19,591 nt of DNA from Elusimicrobiota bacterium (GCA_037137395.1 JBAXKK010000048.1:1-19591), one strand, 5' to 3'; positions 6,468-15,656 are shown, counted from the stretch's first letter. Notes: generated by a model not told the origin, from the sequence alone. Program-made: numbers and translations.

Positions 6468-8633
6468 CTAAAAAAGCTCTTCGTCCGACTCCTGCGCCAT
6501 TATATATTTCACTTTCTCATTCCCCGCGGGAGCAATGGCCTCAAAACCTGTGGGGTCCTCTTCCTGAACGAGTTTTGCCGGCTCGTCAGGCAGAGGCAGA
6601 ATCGGAATTCCCCGCGATTTACCGGCCTTCGGGGCCGCCTTGCGGGCCTTGGGCTTTGGCGCGAACTCGGCCCTGGCCGTAGCTTTGGAAGAGAAATCCA
6701 GCAGCTCTATGGCGTTATTATTTATGCCGCGAACTATTATATTTTTGGCCACATCAACCTCAAACTGATAAATAAGCGGATCCTGTTTAGGCCTCAGCAG
6801 GCGATACTGGACCACGAAGATATCTCCGTGAAGTATAGTGGCAGACCATTCTTCATTTGAACCGCTGGAGGAATTGGACAGAAAGGAATTAGCGAACCAG
6901 CTTGCCACGGTTCCGCGTCCGCCGGAGAGTTTGTAGCCCTTTACTGTTTCAAGCGCCTTGCGAGTGTTTTCATTAGAGGCGGCCTCAAAAGCTGGTTTAT
7001 CGGGGGTGGAGGACCCGGCTGTAGACGCGGATTGCGCCTCTCCCTGCTCTCTTTGGTCCGCCGGGAATGCCTGAACATCTCCGGCCGCAGCAGTTTTGTC
7101 ATCAGCCTTGTCGGCCTTTGGCTCTACCTGCGTAGAGAAAGAAGCCTTTTTGGACTTGCCGCCGCCGGCGAAGTTCAGCAGGGAAAATTCCGAAAAGCTT
7201 GAGCCTTCACCAAGGAAGAAATACCCCAGTCCGCCGGCTGCCACGGCACCGAATATTATAAGGATGGATATGAACGCTATTTTGCCACGCCCTTTCCCCG
7301 TCGGCTGCACATTCTTTATGGGGTCATCTTTTTGTTTCTGTGGTAAAACTCCGGCCTTGTCCGCAGCATCAGTCTCTTTACTGGCCGGGATTCCGCTGCC
7401 GGGCACTGTTTCCGGAACCGGCTTGAACGCCGGGATGTCAAGGGGCGAGGAGGATAACGCCGCGGGCTGCCAGGAGTACTGGGGCTGGACAGGCGACGGC
7501 TGCGGCTGCCAAGAGTTCTGGGGATGGGCCTGAGGAGCGGACTGTTTTACGACAGGCTGCTGGGCAGGCTGTATTGGTTGAGGCGCGGTTTCACTTTTAG
7601 CCTGAATTTTTTCATTTTCAGCGCTCTGCCCGGTCATCGCCGTAAAATCATACACGACATCTGCGGCCTGCCGCGGCAGAGTCGGCATGACGTCTTTGGG
7701 CGCGGTGTTTGCCGTGGCGGGGAAATATCCGCTATCGGTCGCGCTCCCCTTATGCTCTTCGTTGCTGATTGGCGTGACGGGCGCCGGAGTGCGGCCCAGG
7801 CTTCTGAGCTTGCGGCTTGTAAGGGCGCTGTCGTCCTTTACCTCTTTCCCATCGGCAACAATCCGGTCGGGTGATATCCCCTTACTTGTCGGAATGCTTT
7901 TAAGTATGCCGCTCTCGCCACCGGGCCGGGCCGCCGGTGAAGGCGACGCGCGAAAGCCGTCCGTAAAATCTTCTTTTTTCAGCTCTTCTATCTTTTTAAG
8001 GGTCCCGGCCCCGGCGCTCAGTTCAGTCAGGTGCTGGATCTGGGAAAGTTCCTTTTCATTGATGTCTGTCTTATCAATCGCACCTTTCAGCCTCCCCTCC
8101 AACTCGGCTATGCGCTCCCTGTTCTTGAGCTCTTCAGATTCCTTGGCGCGGATCTTCTCCAGAAGCAGATTCTTCTCCCAGCGGGCCGCCTCTAATTCCT
8201 CCTGGATCTTGGAAAGCCTGATATCGAACCGGTCCATCAGCTCATAATCGTTGGCGGGTTTGCCGGACACGGAGGTCTCGGATTCCTTGGCGCCTAAAAT
8301 GCTGTCAATAGTATTTAAAAGATTCTCATAACCATAAGGCTGGTCATTTTTTGTTTCATAATAAGCGGCTCCGACGCTCGAAGACCTGCCGGTCTCAAGC
8401 TCATACATCCCGGAAATACCACCCGCCCGCGAGGATATAACGCCTCCGACACCCACGCTCATGGCCTCGGCTATTTCAGCGACTCCTTCGGCCGCCTTCC
8501 AGTCGCCGGGGGTGTCGCCCGTGGAGGTCTCGGAACACACAAGACTTCCCTGGCTGAACGCCGGAAGAGACAAAAGATCAACCGGGGCGTAGGGGCCCAG
8601 AATATTTCCTTCCGAGTAGAACCAGTATTTCAT
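6468..8633 (-). CDS. Hypothetical bitopic membrane protein with N-terminal GYF_2/DUF4339-like domain, coiled coil, Pro/Gln-rich linker, one TM helix and a C-terminal domain
   Basis: 721-aa ORF. The N-terminus YWFYSEGNILGPY...LV...DWKAA resembles GYF_2. It also has a heptad-like Glu/Lys-rich stretch (RLSKIQEELEAARWEK...), PQ-rich low-complexity sequence and the hydrophobic segment IAFISILIIFGAVAAGGLGYFFLG preceded by basic residues. Confidence 0.75.
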   Translation of the reverse strand: MKYWFYSEGNILGPYAPVDLLSLPAFSQGSLVCSETSTGDTPGDWKAAEGVAEIAEAMSVGVGGVISSRAGGISGMYELETGRSSSVGAAYYETKNDQPYGYENLLNTIDSILGAKESETSVSGKPANDYELMDRFDIRLSKIQEELEAARWEKNLLLEKIRAKESEELKNRERIAELEGRLKGAIDKTDINEKELSQIQHLTELSAGAGTLKKIEELKKEDFTDGFRASPSPAARPGGESGILKSIPTSKGISPDRIVADGKEVKDDSALTSRKLRSLGRTPAPVTPISNEEHKGSATDSGYFPATANTAPKDVMPTLPRQAADVVYDFTAMTGQSAENEKIQAKSETAPQPIQPAQQPVVKQSAPQAHPQNSWQPQPSPVQPQYSWQPAALSSSPLDIPAFKPVPETVPGSGIPASKETDAADKAGVLPQKQKDDPIKNVQPTGKGRGKIAFISILIIFGAVAAGGLGYFFLGEGSSFSEFSLLNFAGGGKSKKASFSTQVEPKADKADDKTAAAGDVQAFPADQREQGEAQSASTAGSSTPDKPAFEAASNENTRKALETVKGYKLSGGRGTVASWFANSFLSNSSSGSNEEWSATILHGDIFVVQYRLLRPKQDPLIYQFEVDVAKNIIVRGINNNAIELLDFSSKATARAEFAPKPKARKAAPKAGKSRGIPILPLPDEPAKLVQEEDPTGFEAIAPAGNEKVKYIMAQESDEELF

Positions 8634-8700
8634 ATGAATATTCTACAAACACGGTATAGAGGATTTTATACAAAGATGTGGCTAAATTGTTACAGCGGGA

Positions 8701-8777
8701 AAGGCTGAAGGCTGCGGACTGACTGCCGCAGATAAAAAATAAATCCTTAGAATCAGATATAAGCCGTCAGCCTACAG
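8701..8777. repeat. Weak/degenerate heptamer inverted array (AAGGCTG x2, CGGACTG vs AAGCCGT, CAGCCTA)
   Basis: Two exact AAGGCTG units at 8701-8714 and partly complementary CAGCC units overlapping the gltX stop. Confidence 0.3.
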
Positions 8778-10226
8778 CAAGGTCGCAGCATGGGTCAGCC
8801 GCTTTATGACCTCTTCCCTGCCCAGATATTCTATCATCCTGAACAGGGTCGGACCGTCGGTGCGGCCGGAAACGGCAACTCTCACAGGATGGAACACCTG
8901 TCCGGCCTTGAAAGCGTTGGCCTTGGCAAAAGCTCGCGTTGAAGCTTCTATCTCAATTTCCTTGAATTGGGACAGAGAGGCGTAAGCTTCCCTTATTCCA
9001 TCAAGTATCTTTTTTACCTCTGGATTTTTAAACGTCTTCTCAACTGCCACGGGATCGTATTTCACGTCTATGAAGAAAAATTCTATCAGGGTGGGTATTT
9101 CGCTGAGCAGCTTGTATTTTTCCTGTTCCAGAGCCACGATATCAACCAGAGGGACCGGACTTTTATCCACCGGCAACCCGGCCGCCTGGATATAGGGCAT
9201 GGCAATTTCCAGCAGCTTTTCCTTGGAATGCTGGCGAATATATTCGCCGTTCATCCAGTTCAGTTTTACCGGATCGAAAATGGCCGGGCTTTTCTGACAG
9301 CCCTTGAGGTCGAATTTTTCTTCCAGTTCTCCCTCTTTAAAAATCTGTTGACTGTCCACGGTAGACCACCCGAGCAGCGCCAGGTAATTCCTCATGGTCT
9401 GGGGCAGATATCCCTGGTTGCGGTACTCTCCCACGCTGGTAGCCCCGTGCCGCTTGGACAAGCGGGTGCCGTCCGGGCCCAGGATCATGGAAAGATGCGC
9501 CAATTCCGGAACCTTCCAGCCGAGAGCCTGGTAGATGTTTATCTGCAGCGGCGTGTTGGATATATGGTCATCGCCCCGGATCACATGAGTTATCTCCATC
9601 AGGTGGTCGTCGATGACGCAGGCAAAATTATAGGTGGGATAGCCGGACGCCTTTACCATAATAAAATCGTAAAGGAGCTTGTTCTCAAACTTGACGTCGT
9701 TATGGATTAGGTCGTTCCAGCCGGTAACGCCGTCATCGGGCATCCTGAAGCGGATGACAGGCTTGCGGCCCTCGGCCTCAAGCTCTTTTCTCCTGGCCTC
9801 GCTTAGATTCCGGCAGAGGCCTTCATACTTCGGCGGCCGTTTTTCAAGCTGGGCTTTCTTGCGCATTTCGTCAAGCTCGGCGGGGGTACAATAGCAATGA
9901 TAAGCCTTCCCGCTTTCAAGCAGCTCCTCAGCGTATTTCTTATAGATTCCCGCGGCTTCGCGCGCGCTCTGAACATAAGGGCCGAATGAGCCTTTCTCGG
10001 AACCGTCGGGCATAGCGCCCTCGTCCCAGTTCAGACCGAGCCACTGCATACTCTCGTAAATTGACTTCACTGATTCGCCGGTGGAGCGCAGTTCGTCGGT
10101 ATCCTCAATACGGAGGATGAAAGTGCCGGAGTATTTCTTGGCGAAGAGGTAATTAAAAAGAGCGGTCCGGGCGCCGCCGATGTGAAGGTGTCCGGTGGGT
10201 GAGGGAGCGAATCGTACTCTGTTCAT
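8772..10226 (-). CDS. gltX: Glutamate--tRNA ligase
   Basis: RVRFAPSPTGHLHIGGARTAL (HIGH), LRIEDTD, YHCYC, ITHVIRGDDH, LSKRHGA (KMSKS-like) and an anticodon-binding C-terminus. AAGGA SD upstream. Confidence 0.97.
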   Translation of the reverse strand: MNRVRFAPSPTGHLHIGGARTALFNYLFAKKYSGTFILRIEDTDELRSTGESVKSIYESMQWLGLNWDEGAMPDGSEKGSFGPYVQSAREAAGIYKKYAEELLESGKAYHCYCTPAELDEMRKKAQLEKRPPKYEGLCRNLSEARRKELEAEGRKPVIRFRMPDDGVTGWNDLIHNDVKFENKLLYDFIMVKASGYPTYNFACVIDDHLMEITHVIRGDDHISNTPLQINIYQALGWKVPELAHLSMILGPDGTRLSKRHGATSVGEYRNQGYLPQTMRNYLALLGWSTVDSQQIFKEGELEEKFDLKGCQKSPAIFDPVKLNWMNGEYIRQHSKEKLLEIAMPYIQAAGLPVDKSPVPLVDIVALEQEKYKLLSEIPTLIEFFFIDVKYDPVAVEKTFKNPEVKKILDGIREAYASLSQFKEIEIEASTRAFAKANAFKAGQVFHPVRVAVSGRTDGPTLFRMIEYLGREEVIKRLTHAATLL

Positions 10227-10292
10227 GTAATATATCCTTAGATACCCGGGTTACAGTCTGCCGACCTGTCAGGCTTATTGATAATAGCAAAT

Positions 10293-11966
10293 TTAAAAAC
10301 TTCGCTGTTTTCGCGACTCTTTGATCAATTCTCTGGCGTGCTTCAGGCCGAGATCGGAAGATTTGGCTTTACCGCCCAGCATCCTGGCAATCTCAAGGGC
10401 GCTGGCTTCCTGATCCAGTTTTGTGACTTTTATCGCCGATACGCCGTTTTTTATGTTTTTCTCCACATAATAATGGCTGCCCGCGAAAGCCGCTATCTGC
10501 GGCATATGTGTAATGCAAAAGAGCTGCTTTGAGCCCGCCAAAGCGGCAATTTTCTCACCCAACAGCCGGGCCACCGTGCTTCCCACTCCGGTGTCAACCT
10601 CGTCGAAAACCTGCACCGGTATATTGTCGTTGCCAGCCAGCGCGGTCTTCAAGCCCAGCATAATTCGGGACATCTCTCCGCCGGAGGCGGTAAGCTTCAG
10701 CGGCTTAAGCGGATAACCCGGATTAGCCGAGAACATGAATTCCACCGCGTCCATGCCGGAGGCGGCAAAGCGCCCATCTTCGGTTTCAACCGCCACAAAA
10801 AACCTTACTTCTTTAAAGCCCAGTCCGGAGATTTCGGAGAGCACCGCGGCCGATAATTTTTTGGCGGCGGCGGCGCGCCTAGAATGCAGCGCGGAGCCAA
10901 GCGCCGCAAGCCGGCCTTCCACATTTTCCAGTTCGGCCGCCAGCTCTTTCCTGTCAAAAGAAGAGTTCTCAAGCCCGTTTATTTTTTCCTTCAACTCGTC
11001 CGCTTTTTTAAGGACGTCGGAAACTTCAGGGCCGTGTTTTTTCTTCAGGACCGATATCTTATCCAGCCGGGAAAGAACGGCGTCCAAGCCGGCGGGATCC
11101 GTGTCCAGGCCGCCCGAATACCGCGAGAGGCTGTCCTCGATGTCTTTCAAAGCGATAACAGCCTGGGCGAGATTTTCCTTCATTGGCGCGGCGGTGCCGT
11201 CCAGCTCAGAAAGCGCCTCCAGATCCCTGAGAGCCTTCTCAAGCCCGGCCAGCGCTGGAGCCTCTCCGTCAGAGAGCCGTTCATAAGCCTGCTTGGAAAG
11301 GGTAAAAAGTTTTTGAGCGTTCTTAAGTCGGGGATACAGGATTTGCAACTCGCCCTCCTCCCCCTCCTTAAGCCCGGCCGCCTCTATTTCCTTCAGCTGG
11401 AACCTGTAAAGTTCTAAAAAGCGGGCGCGTTCGTCTTCAGAGAGTGAAACGGCGTTAACCCGCTCCAGCAGTCTGCGGCGCTTTTCAAAAGAATCAGCGT
11501 AGGCCGCGGCTTCTTTTTCAAGCCGGCCATAGCGGTCAAGAAGCTCCAGCTGCACTTCAGGCTTCATCAGGCTCTGATGCTCGTTTTGGCCATGAAAATC
11601 AACGAGGGCGTCGCCGAGCTCCGACAGGAAAGCCGCCGTAACGGGCCTGCCTTCAAAAAATCCACGGGTCTTTCCTCCGGAGTCCAGCTGCCTGCGCACT
11701 GAAAATTCCGACCCCATGATCCCGCGCGATGACAACAATTTTTCCGGCAGGCCGGAAGAACTGAAAACGCCGGAGACTTCCGCCTGAGAGGCGCCGGTCC
11801 TGACCAGCTCGGAGCTGGCGCGCTCGCCAAGCAGGAAACCGATGGCTTCCACTATTATGGATTTACCGGCGCCGGTCTCGCCGGTAAAAACATTAAGGCC
11901 GGGCCCGAACGCAAGGCTGAGCCGGTCTATGATGGCAAAATCCTTTATCTCAAGTCGTTTCAGCAT
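10293..11966 (-). CDS. recN: DNA repair protein RecN
   Basis: IKDFAIID, Walker A TGETGAGKS, HGQNEHQ, long coiled coil, signature ASGGEMSR, Walker B FDEVDTGV, ITHMPQIAA, EIARMLGG. It lies downstream of nadK, the usual arrangement. Confidence 0.96.
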   Translation of the reverse strand: MLKRLEIKDFAIIDRLSLAFGPGLNVFTGETGAGKSIIVEAIGFLLGERASSELVRTGASQAEVSGVFSSSGLPEKLLSSRGIMGSEFSVRRQLDSGGKTRGFFEGRPVTAAFLSELGDALVDFHGQNEHQSLMKPEVQLELLDRYGRLEKEAAAYADSFEKRRRLLERVNAVSLSEDERARFLELYRFQLKEIEAAGLKEGEEGELQILYPRLKNAQKLFTLSKQAYERLSDGEAPALAGLEKALRDLEALSELDGTAAPMKENLAQAVIALKDIEDSLSRYSGGLDTDPAGLDAVLSRLDKISVLKKKHGPEVSDVLKKADELKEKINGLENSSFDRKELAAELENVEGRLAALGSALHSRRAAAAKKLSAAVLSEISGLGFKEVRFFVAVETEDGRFAASGMDAVEFMFSANPGYPLKPLKLTASGGEMSRIMLGLKTALAGNDNIPVQVFDEVDTGVGSTVARLLGEKIAALAGSKQLFCITHMPQIAAFAGSHYYVEKNIKNGVSAIKVTKLDQEASALEIARMLGGKAKSSDLGLKHARELIKESRKQRSF

Positions 11967-11972
11967 AGTTCA

Positions 11973-12055
11973 ATTTAAAATTCCGGATTCAAGATTAAAG
12001 ATTGACGAGTGAAGATCCCAAATCTTGAATCTTAAATCTGGAATCTTCAATCTTT
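11973..12055. repeat. Inverted heptamer-array hairpin (ATTCAAG/ATTAAAG units vs AATCTTN units)
   Basis: atttaaa attccgg attcaag attaaag attgacg agtgaag (11973-12014), then aatcttg aatctta aatctgg aatcttc aatcttt (12021-12055). AATCTTG is the reverse complement of CAAGATT. Confidence 0.85.
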
Positions 12056-12897
12056 CACCTTTCCCCCCACCTCAGCTTCCTGCGCAGGATGTCAAAGTGT
12101 GAGAAATCATGCGGTACCAGCATCTCAAAATTCCTGGGGTATTTGCGGATGATTATTTTATCGGCGGCTGGCAGGACTGAATTCTCCTGGCCGTCAAGAG
12201 AAAGAGAGACGCTCTTCCCGTGCCCCTGACTGCCGCCCACGACTATCGTTATATCAGAGAGAGAGGACAGCACTATAGGTCGGTGGGTTAAAGAATGCGG
12301 ACACACCGGGGAAAGCAAAAAGACTTCCAGTTCAGGCAGGACGATAGGGCCCAGAGCAGCCAGATTGTAGGCCGTGGAACCGGTAGGGGTGGATACTATG
12401 AGCCCGTCGCCGAAGTATTCGCTGAGGAACTGACGGCCGAAGTACGCGCGCAGGGTGAAAGCGCGGGCTTCCGTGCTGCGGATAACACAATCGTTCAGCG
12501 CGGGATAAGGCCCCAATATCCTTTTCCCGCGCCGAAAAACTTCTACCGACAAAAGCTGGCGTTTTATCCTTTGAAAGCCGTTACTCAGGAAAACGTCCAG
12601 ACATTTTTCAAAATCAGACCGTTCTATGCCGCTCAAAAATCCGAGCCCGCCGGCGTTAATGCCAAGCACGGGAATGCCGTACTTTATTACGTGCCGGGCG
12701 GCATAGAGCACCGTGCCGTCGCCGCCCACTGTGATGCCGGCGTCGGCATTTTCAAAGTTACAGGGTCCATCGTTGACGCACACCTTGGAGATACGGACCC
12801 CGCGGCTTTTAAGGCGCCGTTCCAGGGATTTTACGAAAATCAGGGCTTTCTTCCTCTTGGAATTATAGAACAACACCACGCTTTTAATACGTTTCAT
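12055..12897 (-). CDS. nadK: NAD kinase
   Basis: GGDGTVL, GINAGGLGFLS, ALND, GDGLIVSTPTGSTAYNLAALGP, PVCPHSL, DGQ, LRRKLRWG. Confidence 0.96.
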   Translation of the reverse strand: MKRIKSVVLFYNSKRKKALIFVKSLERRLKSRGVRISKVCVNDGPCNFENADAGITVGGDGTVLYAARHVIKYGIPVLGINAGGLGFLSGIERSDFEKCLDVFLSNGFQRIKRQLLSVEVFRRGKRILGPYPALNDCVIRSTEARAFTLRAYFGRQFLSEYFGDGLIVSTPTGSTAYNLAALGPIVLPELEVFLLSPVCPHSLTHRPIVLSSLSDITIVVGGSQGHGKSVSLSLDGQENSVLPAADKIIIRKYPRNFEMLVPHDFSHFDILRRKLRWGER

Positions 12898-12904
12898 AAG
12901 GAAT

Positions 12905-12913
12905 ATAATACCA
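12905..12913 (-). promoter_or_regulatory. Extended -10 immediately upstream of nadK (leaderless-type)
   Basis: Minus strand TGG-TATTAT followed by 7 nt (ATTCCTT) and the nadK ATG; no SD. Confidence 0.5.
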
Positions 12914-12920
12914 AAAAGAC

Positions 12921-13031
12921 AGCGGCAAGCGGTCAGTGGTTAGTGGTCAGTGGTTAGTGGTCAGTGGTTAGTGGTTAGTGGGGGATATACACTATTCACT
13001 ATCCACTATTCACTAGTCACTGTTCACTGAA
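12921..13031. repeat. Inverted heptamer-array hairpin (AGTGGTY x9 vs CACTATT-type x6)
   Basis: agcggca agcggtc agtggtt agtggtc agtggtt agtggtc agtggtt agtggtt agtgggg (12921-12983), then cactatt cactatc cactatt cactagt cactgtt cactgaa (12990-13031), overlapping the comEC stop. Confidence 0.92.
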
Positions 13032-14979
13032 TTTCCAGCTCCATCGCTTCTCCGGCTCTGTTTTTTAAAATGCGCTCCTCGCCGGCGCCGCTCCTTATAG
13101 CAACCCTGAAACCGTCAGCCAGCACCCTGACCGCAAATTTCGGAACTTCCAGGCGCCAGTCCAGCCCCTCCTCCGGATCACGCCCCGTATATCCCGCCGT
13201 CTTCGAGGCGGCGTCCTGACCGGAGCCCCAGTCGGGCCGTATCTCCAGCTCTCCGAAAAATATCCGGTCCTGCGGCCATACCCGCTCTATCCGCGTTCCG
13301 GCTCCGGCAAGCGCGCTCAGTATCTCACTCAGTTCTTCCGGCAGAACGCCATACGGCAGCGCGACCTTTTTTATTTTCATCTGCCCCGCCAGCTCCCCTA
13401 AACCGCCCCAATCCCGCCGCGCCAGCGTTGAGATGAACACGCCTTCCACTGAGCGAAAACCATAATGCAAAACGCAATTTGACAGTTTGCGCCCGTTGAT
13501 GCCGGGATTAAAGAGAAAAAGTCCGGCGCTGCCGTGCCTGACCGCCACCGAGCGCGTGTCAGAATCCGAGAACACGGACACTAAGCTTTTCGCCGGCAAA
13601 AACCCGGCCGCTAAAATTGTCAGGAGCGGAACCGCGGCAAGTATGTACAGGCGGCGTTTCCCGAAGCCGATTAACGGAGCGTGCAGAAGAATAAACACAA
13701 AAACAAAAAAAGCCGCAAGCGTGACAGCGGAGGGCGGGCTTACCAAAACAGAAGAATACCTGAAAGCGGCGAACGCTTTTACCAGCCAGATGAACGCCCC
13801 CGCTCCGAAGCCGGTCAGAGCGCTCACGAAAGCGGCCAGGACTCCGGACCAGGAAGAGAGCAGCGTCACAAACCCCAGCCCCATAATTATTCCTGAAGCC
13901 GGTACCAGCAGAACATTGGACACGATCGAGATAAGAGAGATCTTGTGAAAGTATAGCGCCATTAAAGGGTAAAGGCCTACCTGAGCGAAAAAGCTAACCA
14001 TCAGTACGCGGGAAAGCGAACGCGCCGGCCCTTTCAGCCTTATCAGACCGTCCCATAGCGTCATCCCAGCCGTAATGCCGTAAGAAGCTATAAAAGACAT
14101 CCGGAAACCGGCGTCAAAAAGGGCGGAGGGGTCAATCAGCAGTATAGCCAGGCACGCGATGATCAAGCCCTGGAAGATTCCGGAATCCCTGTCGAGCAGG
14201 TAGCCGCCAAGCGCGGCCAGGAACATTATGTATCCCCTGACCAGCGGCGCTTCAAGCCCCGCCGCCAGCACGTAAAAACCGGCGCATAAGAGCGCCAGCA
14301 GTCCTGAATATTTTTTCCTTATCTTAAGATGCGAACACAGGAAATAGACCACAAAGGTGACAAAGCCCACATTGGAGCCGGAGGCCACCAGCAGGTGCAT
14401 GGCACCGGAATCTTGGAACGCCGTCTTAAGCTCATCGGAAACGCTTTTTTTCTCTCCCAACACTATGCCGGCCAGGACCGAGGCGCGGTCGGCCGCAAAA
14501 TTTTCATCAAATATTTTAAGGGCGTTCGCGCGGAACGCCGCCGCGCGCCTGATAATAAACGGGGCTTTTTTAATTATCTCAAGCCGGTCCGCTCTGGCCT
14601 CTGCGGTTATGCCCCGCTCGGCGAGGTAACCGCGCCAATCAAGGTTCCCGGGGATAGCGTAATTGAACGGCGCGGCCAGCCCTGCGGTAAATACCACCTT
14701 ATCACCATATGAGGCCCCCCCCATATCGCGCGCGTACACCATAAAACTAATGTCCGCGTCTTCCCCCTCCACGGAGGAAGCTTCCAGGATAAAGCGCCAG
14801 GAACCCCGGTTATGGACAGGATACTGCGCTACGCGTCCTTCCACGCGCACTCCGTAGGCAGGCAAGGGGCCCGGATCGTGCGACGCGTCCGCCGCACCGT
14901 AAATCCTGAATGCCAGTATACACGCTACCCAGCACATCAATAGCAGGAAAAGAGGCCGTGTATAATAGGAAAAGCGCAT
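13024..14979 (-). CDS. comEC: DNA uptake channel ComEC/Rec2 family protein
   Basis: N-terminal OB-like (DUF4131-type) region and Competence domain (GIVLGEK...FQDSGAMHLLVASGSNV, PLVRGYIM, DPSALFDAGFRMSF, SIVSNVLLVP). The C-terminal region is a short, degenerate metallo-beta-lactamase-like domain. Confidence 0.92.
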   Translation of the reverse strand: MRFSYYTRPLFLLLMCWVACILAFRIYGAADASHDPGPLPAYGVRVEGRVAQYPVHNRGSWRFILEASSVEGEDADISFMVYARDMGGASYGDKVVFTAGLAAPFNYAIPGNLDWRGYLAERGITAEARADRLEIIKKAPFIIRRAAAFRANALKIFDENFAADRASVLAGIVLGEKKSVSDELKTAFQDSGAMHLLVASGSNVGFVTFVVYFLCSHLKIRKKYSGLLALLCAGFYVLAAGLEAPLVRGYIMFLAALGGYLLDRDSGIFQGLIIACLAILLIDPSALFDAGFRMSFIASYGITAGMTLWDGLIRLKGPARSLSRVLMVSFFAQVGLYPLMALYFHKISLISIVSNVLLVPASGIIMGLGFVTLLSSWSGVLAAFVSALTGFGAGAFIWLVKAFAAFRYSSVLVSPPSAVTLAAFFVFVFILLHAPLIGFGKRRLYILAAVPLLTILAAGFLPAKSLVSVFSDSDTRSVAVRHGSAGLFLFNPGINGRKLSNCVLHYGFRSVEGVFISTLARRDWGGLGELAGQMKIKKVALPYGVLPEELSEILSALAGAGTRIERVWPQDRIFFGELEIRPDWGSGQDAASKTAGYTGRDPEEGLDWRLEVPKFAVRVLADGFRVAIRSGAGEERILKNRAGEAMELEIQ

Positions 14980-14984
14980 AATCG

Positions 14985-15060
14985 TTAGTGGTCAGTGAAC
15001 AGTGTTTAGTGGACAGTAATAGATGCGCTGCCCACTTTGCCACCAACCACTAACCACTGT
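14985..15060. repeat. Inverted heptamer-array hairpin (TTAGTGG-type vs CCACTAA-type)
   Basis: ttagtgg tcagtga acagtgt ttagtgg acagtaa (14985-15019), then ccacttt, ccaccaa ccactaa ccactgt (15032-15060). Same AGTG/CACT core as the array at 12921. Confidence 0.8.
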
Positions 15061-15062
15061 TG

Positions 15063-15656
15063 TTATACTTTCGTGCGGCCTTTCATGGCGTAGCCAAGGG
15101 TAACTTCATCCATATAATCGATATCCCCGCCCAGCGGCACGCCGCAGGCGATGCGTGTTATACCCGGCACATAATCCTTTAATAGCCGGGTTAGATAAAT
15201 AGCGGTGGTCTCCCCCTCCGTATCCGGATTGGTGGCGATAATGAGTTCGGTCACGGCGCCTGGCGCTTTGCGCACCCGCTCAACCAGCTCATTCAGCCTG
15301 AGCCCCTCCTGGCTGATACCGTCCATCGGAGATATCACTCCGTGCAGAACATGATAGGCGCCGTTAAAGGTTTTGCTCTTTTCTATTGCCGCCACATCCT
15401 GAGGGTGAGACACCACGCAAATTACCGAGCGGTTCCGTGAGGGGTCGGCGCAGATAGGGCACAATTCCTCTTCGGTGTAATTGGAGCACTCGCGGCAGTA
15501 ACCGACCGAACTTTTAACGGTTCTCAGCGCCTCAACCAGCTCTTCTATCTGGACATCCGGCGTCTTTATCACGTAAAGGGCGAAGCGTTCCGCCTGTTTG
15601 GGGCCCACTCCGGGAAACCGCCTGAAAAGGGTTGTTATTTTATCTAAGGCTTTCAT
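15063..15656 (-). CDS. recR: Recombination mediator RecR
   Basis: HhH FPGVGPKQAER, C4 zinc finger CRECSNYTEEELCPIC, YHVLHGVISPMDG, Toprim IIATNPDTEGETTA, RIACGVPLGGDIDYMDEVTL. Confidence 0.97.
   Translation of the reverse strand: MKALDKITTLFRRFPGVGPKQAERFALYVIKTPDVQIEELVEALRTVKSSVGYCRECSNYTEEELCPICADPSRNRSVICVVSHPQDVAAIEKSKTFNGAYHVLHGVISPMDGISQEGLRLNELVERVRKAPGAVTELIIATNPDTEGETTAIYLTRLLKDYVPGITRIACGVPLGGDIDYMDEVTLGYAMKGRTKV

Noticed and set aside
8967..9710. Long antisense ORFs (also 12295-12957, 18715-19416, 10735-11286, 7687-8247 and others)
   Set aside because: They are shadows of well-supported genes on the opposite strand, expected from codon bias in GC-rich DNA, and show no family motifs.
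12921..13031. Tandem repeat arrays as a CRISPR array
   Set aside because: The units are 7 nt with no unique spacers, and there are no cas genes in the window.
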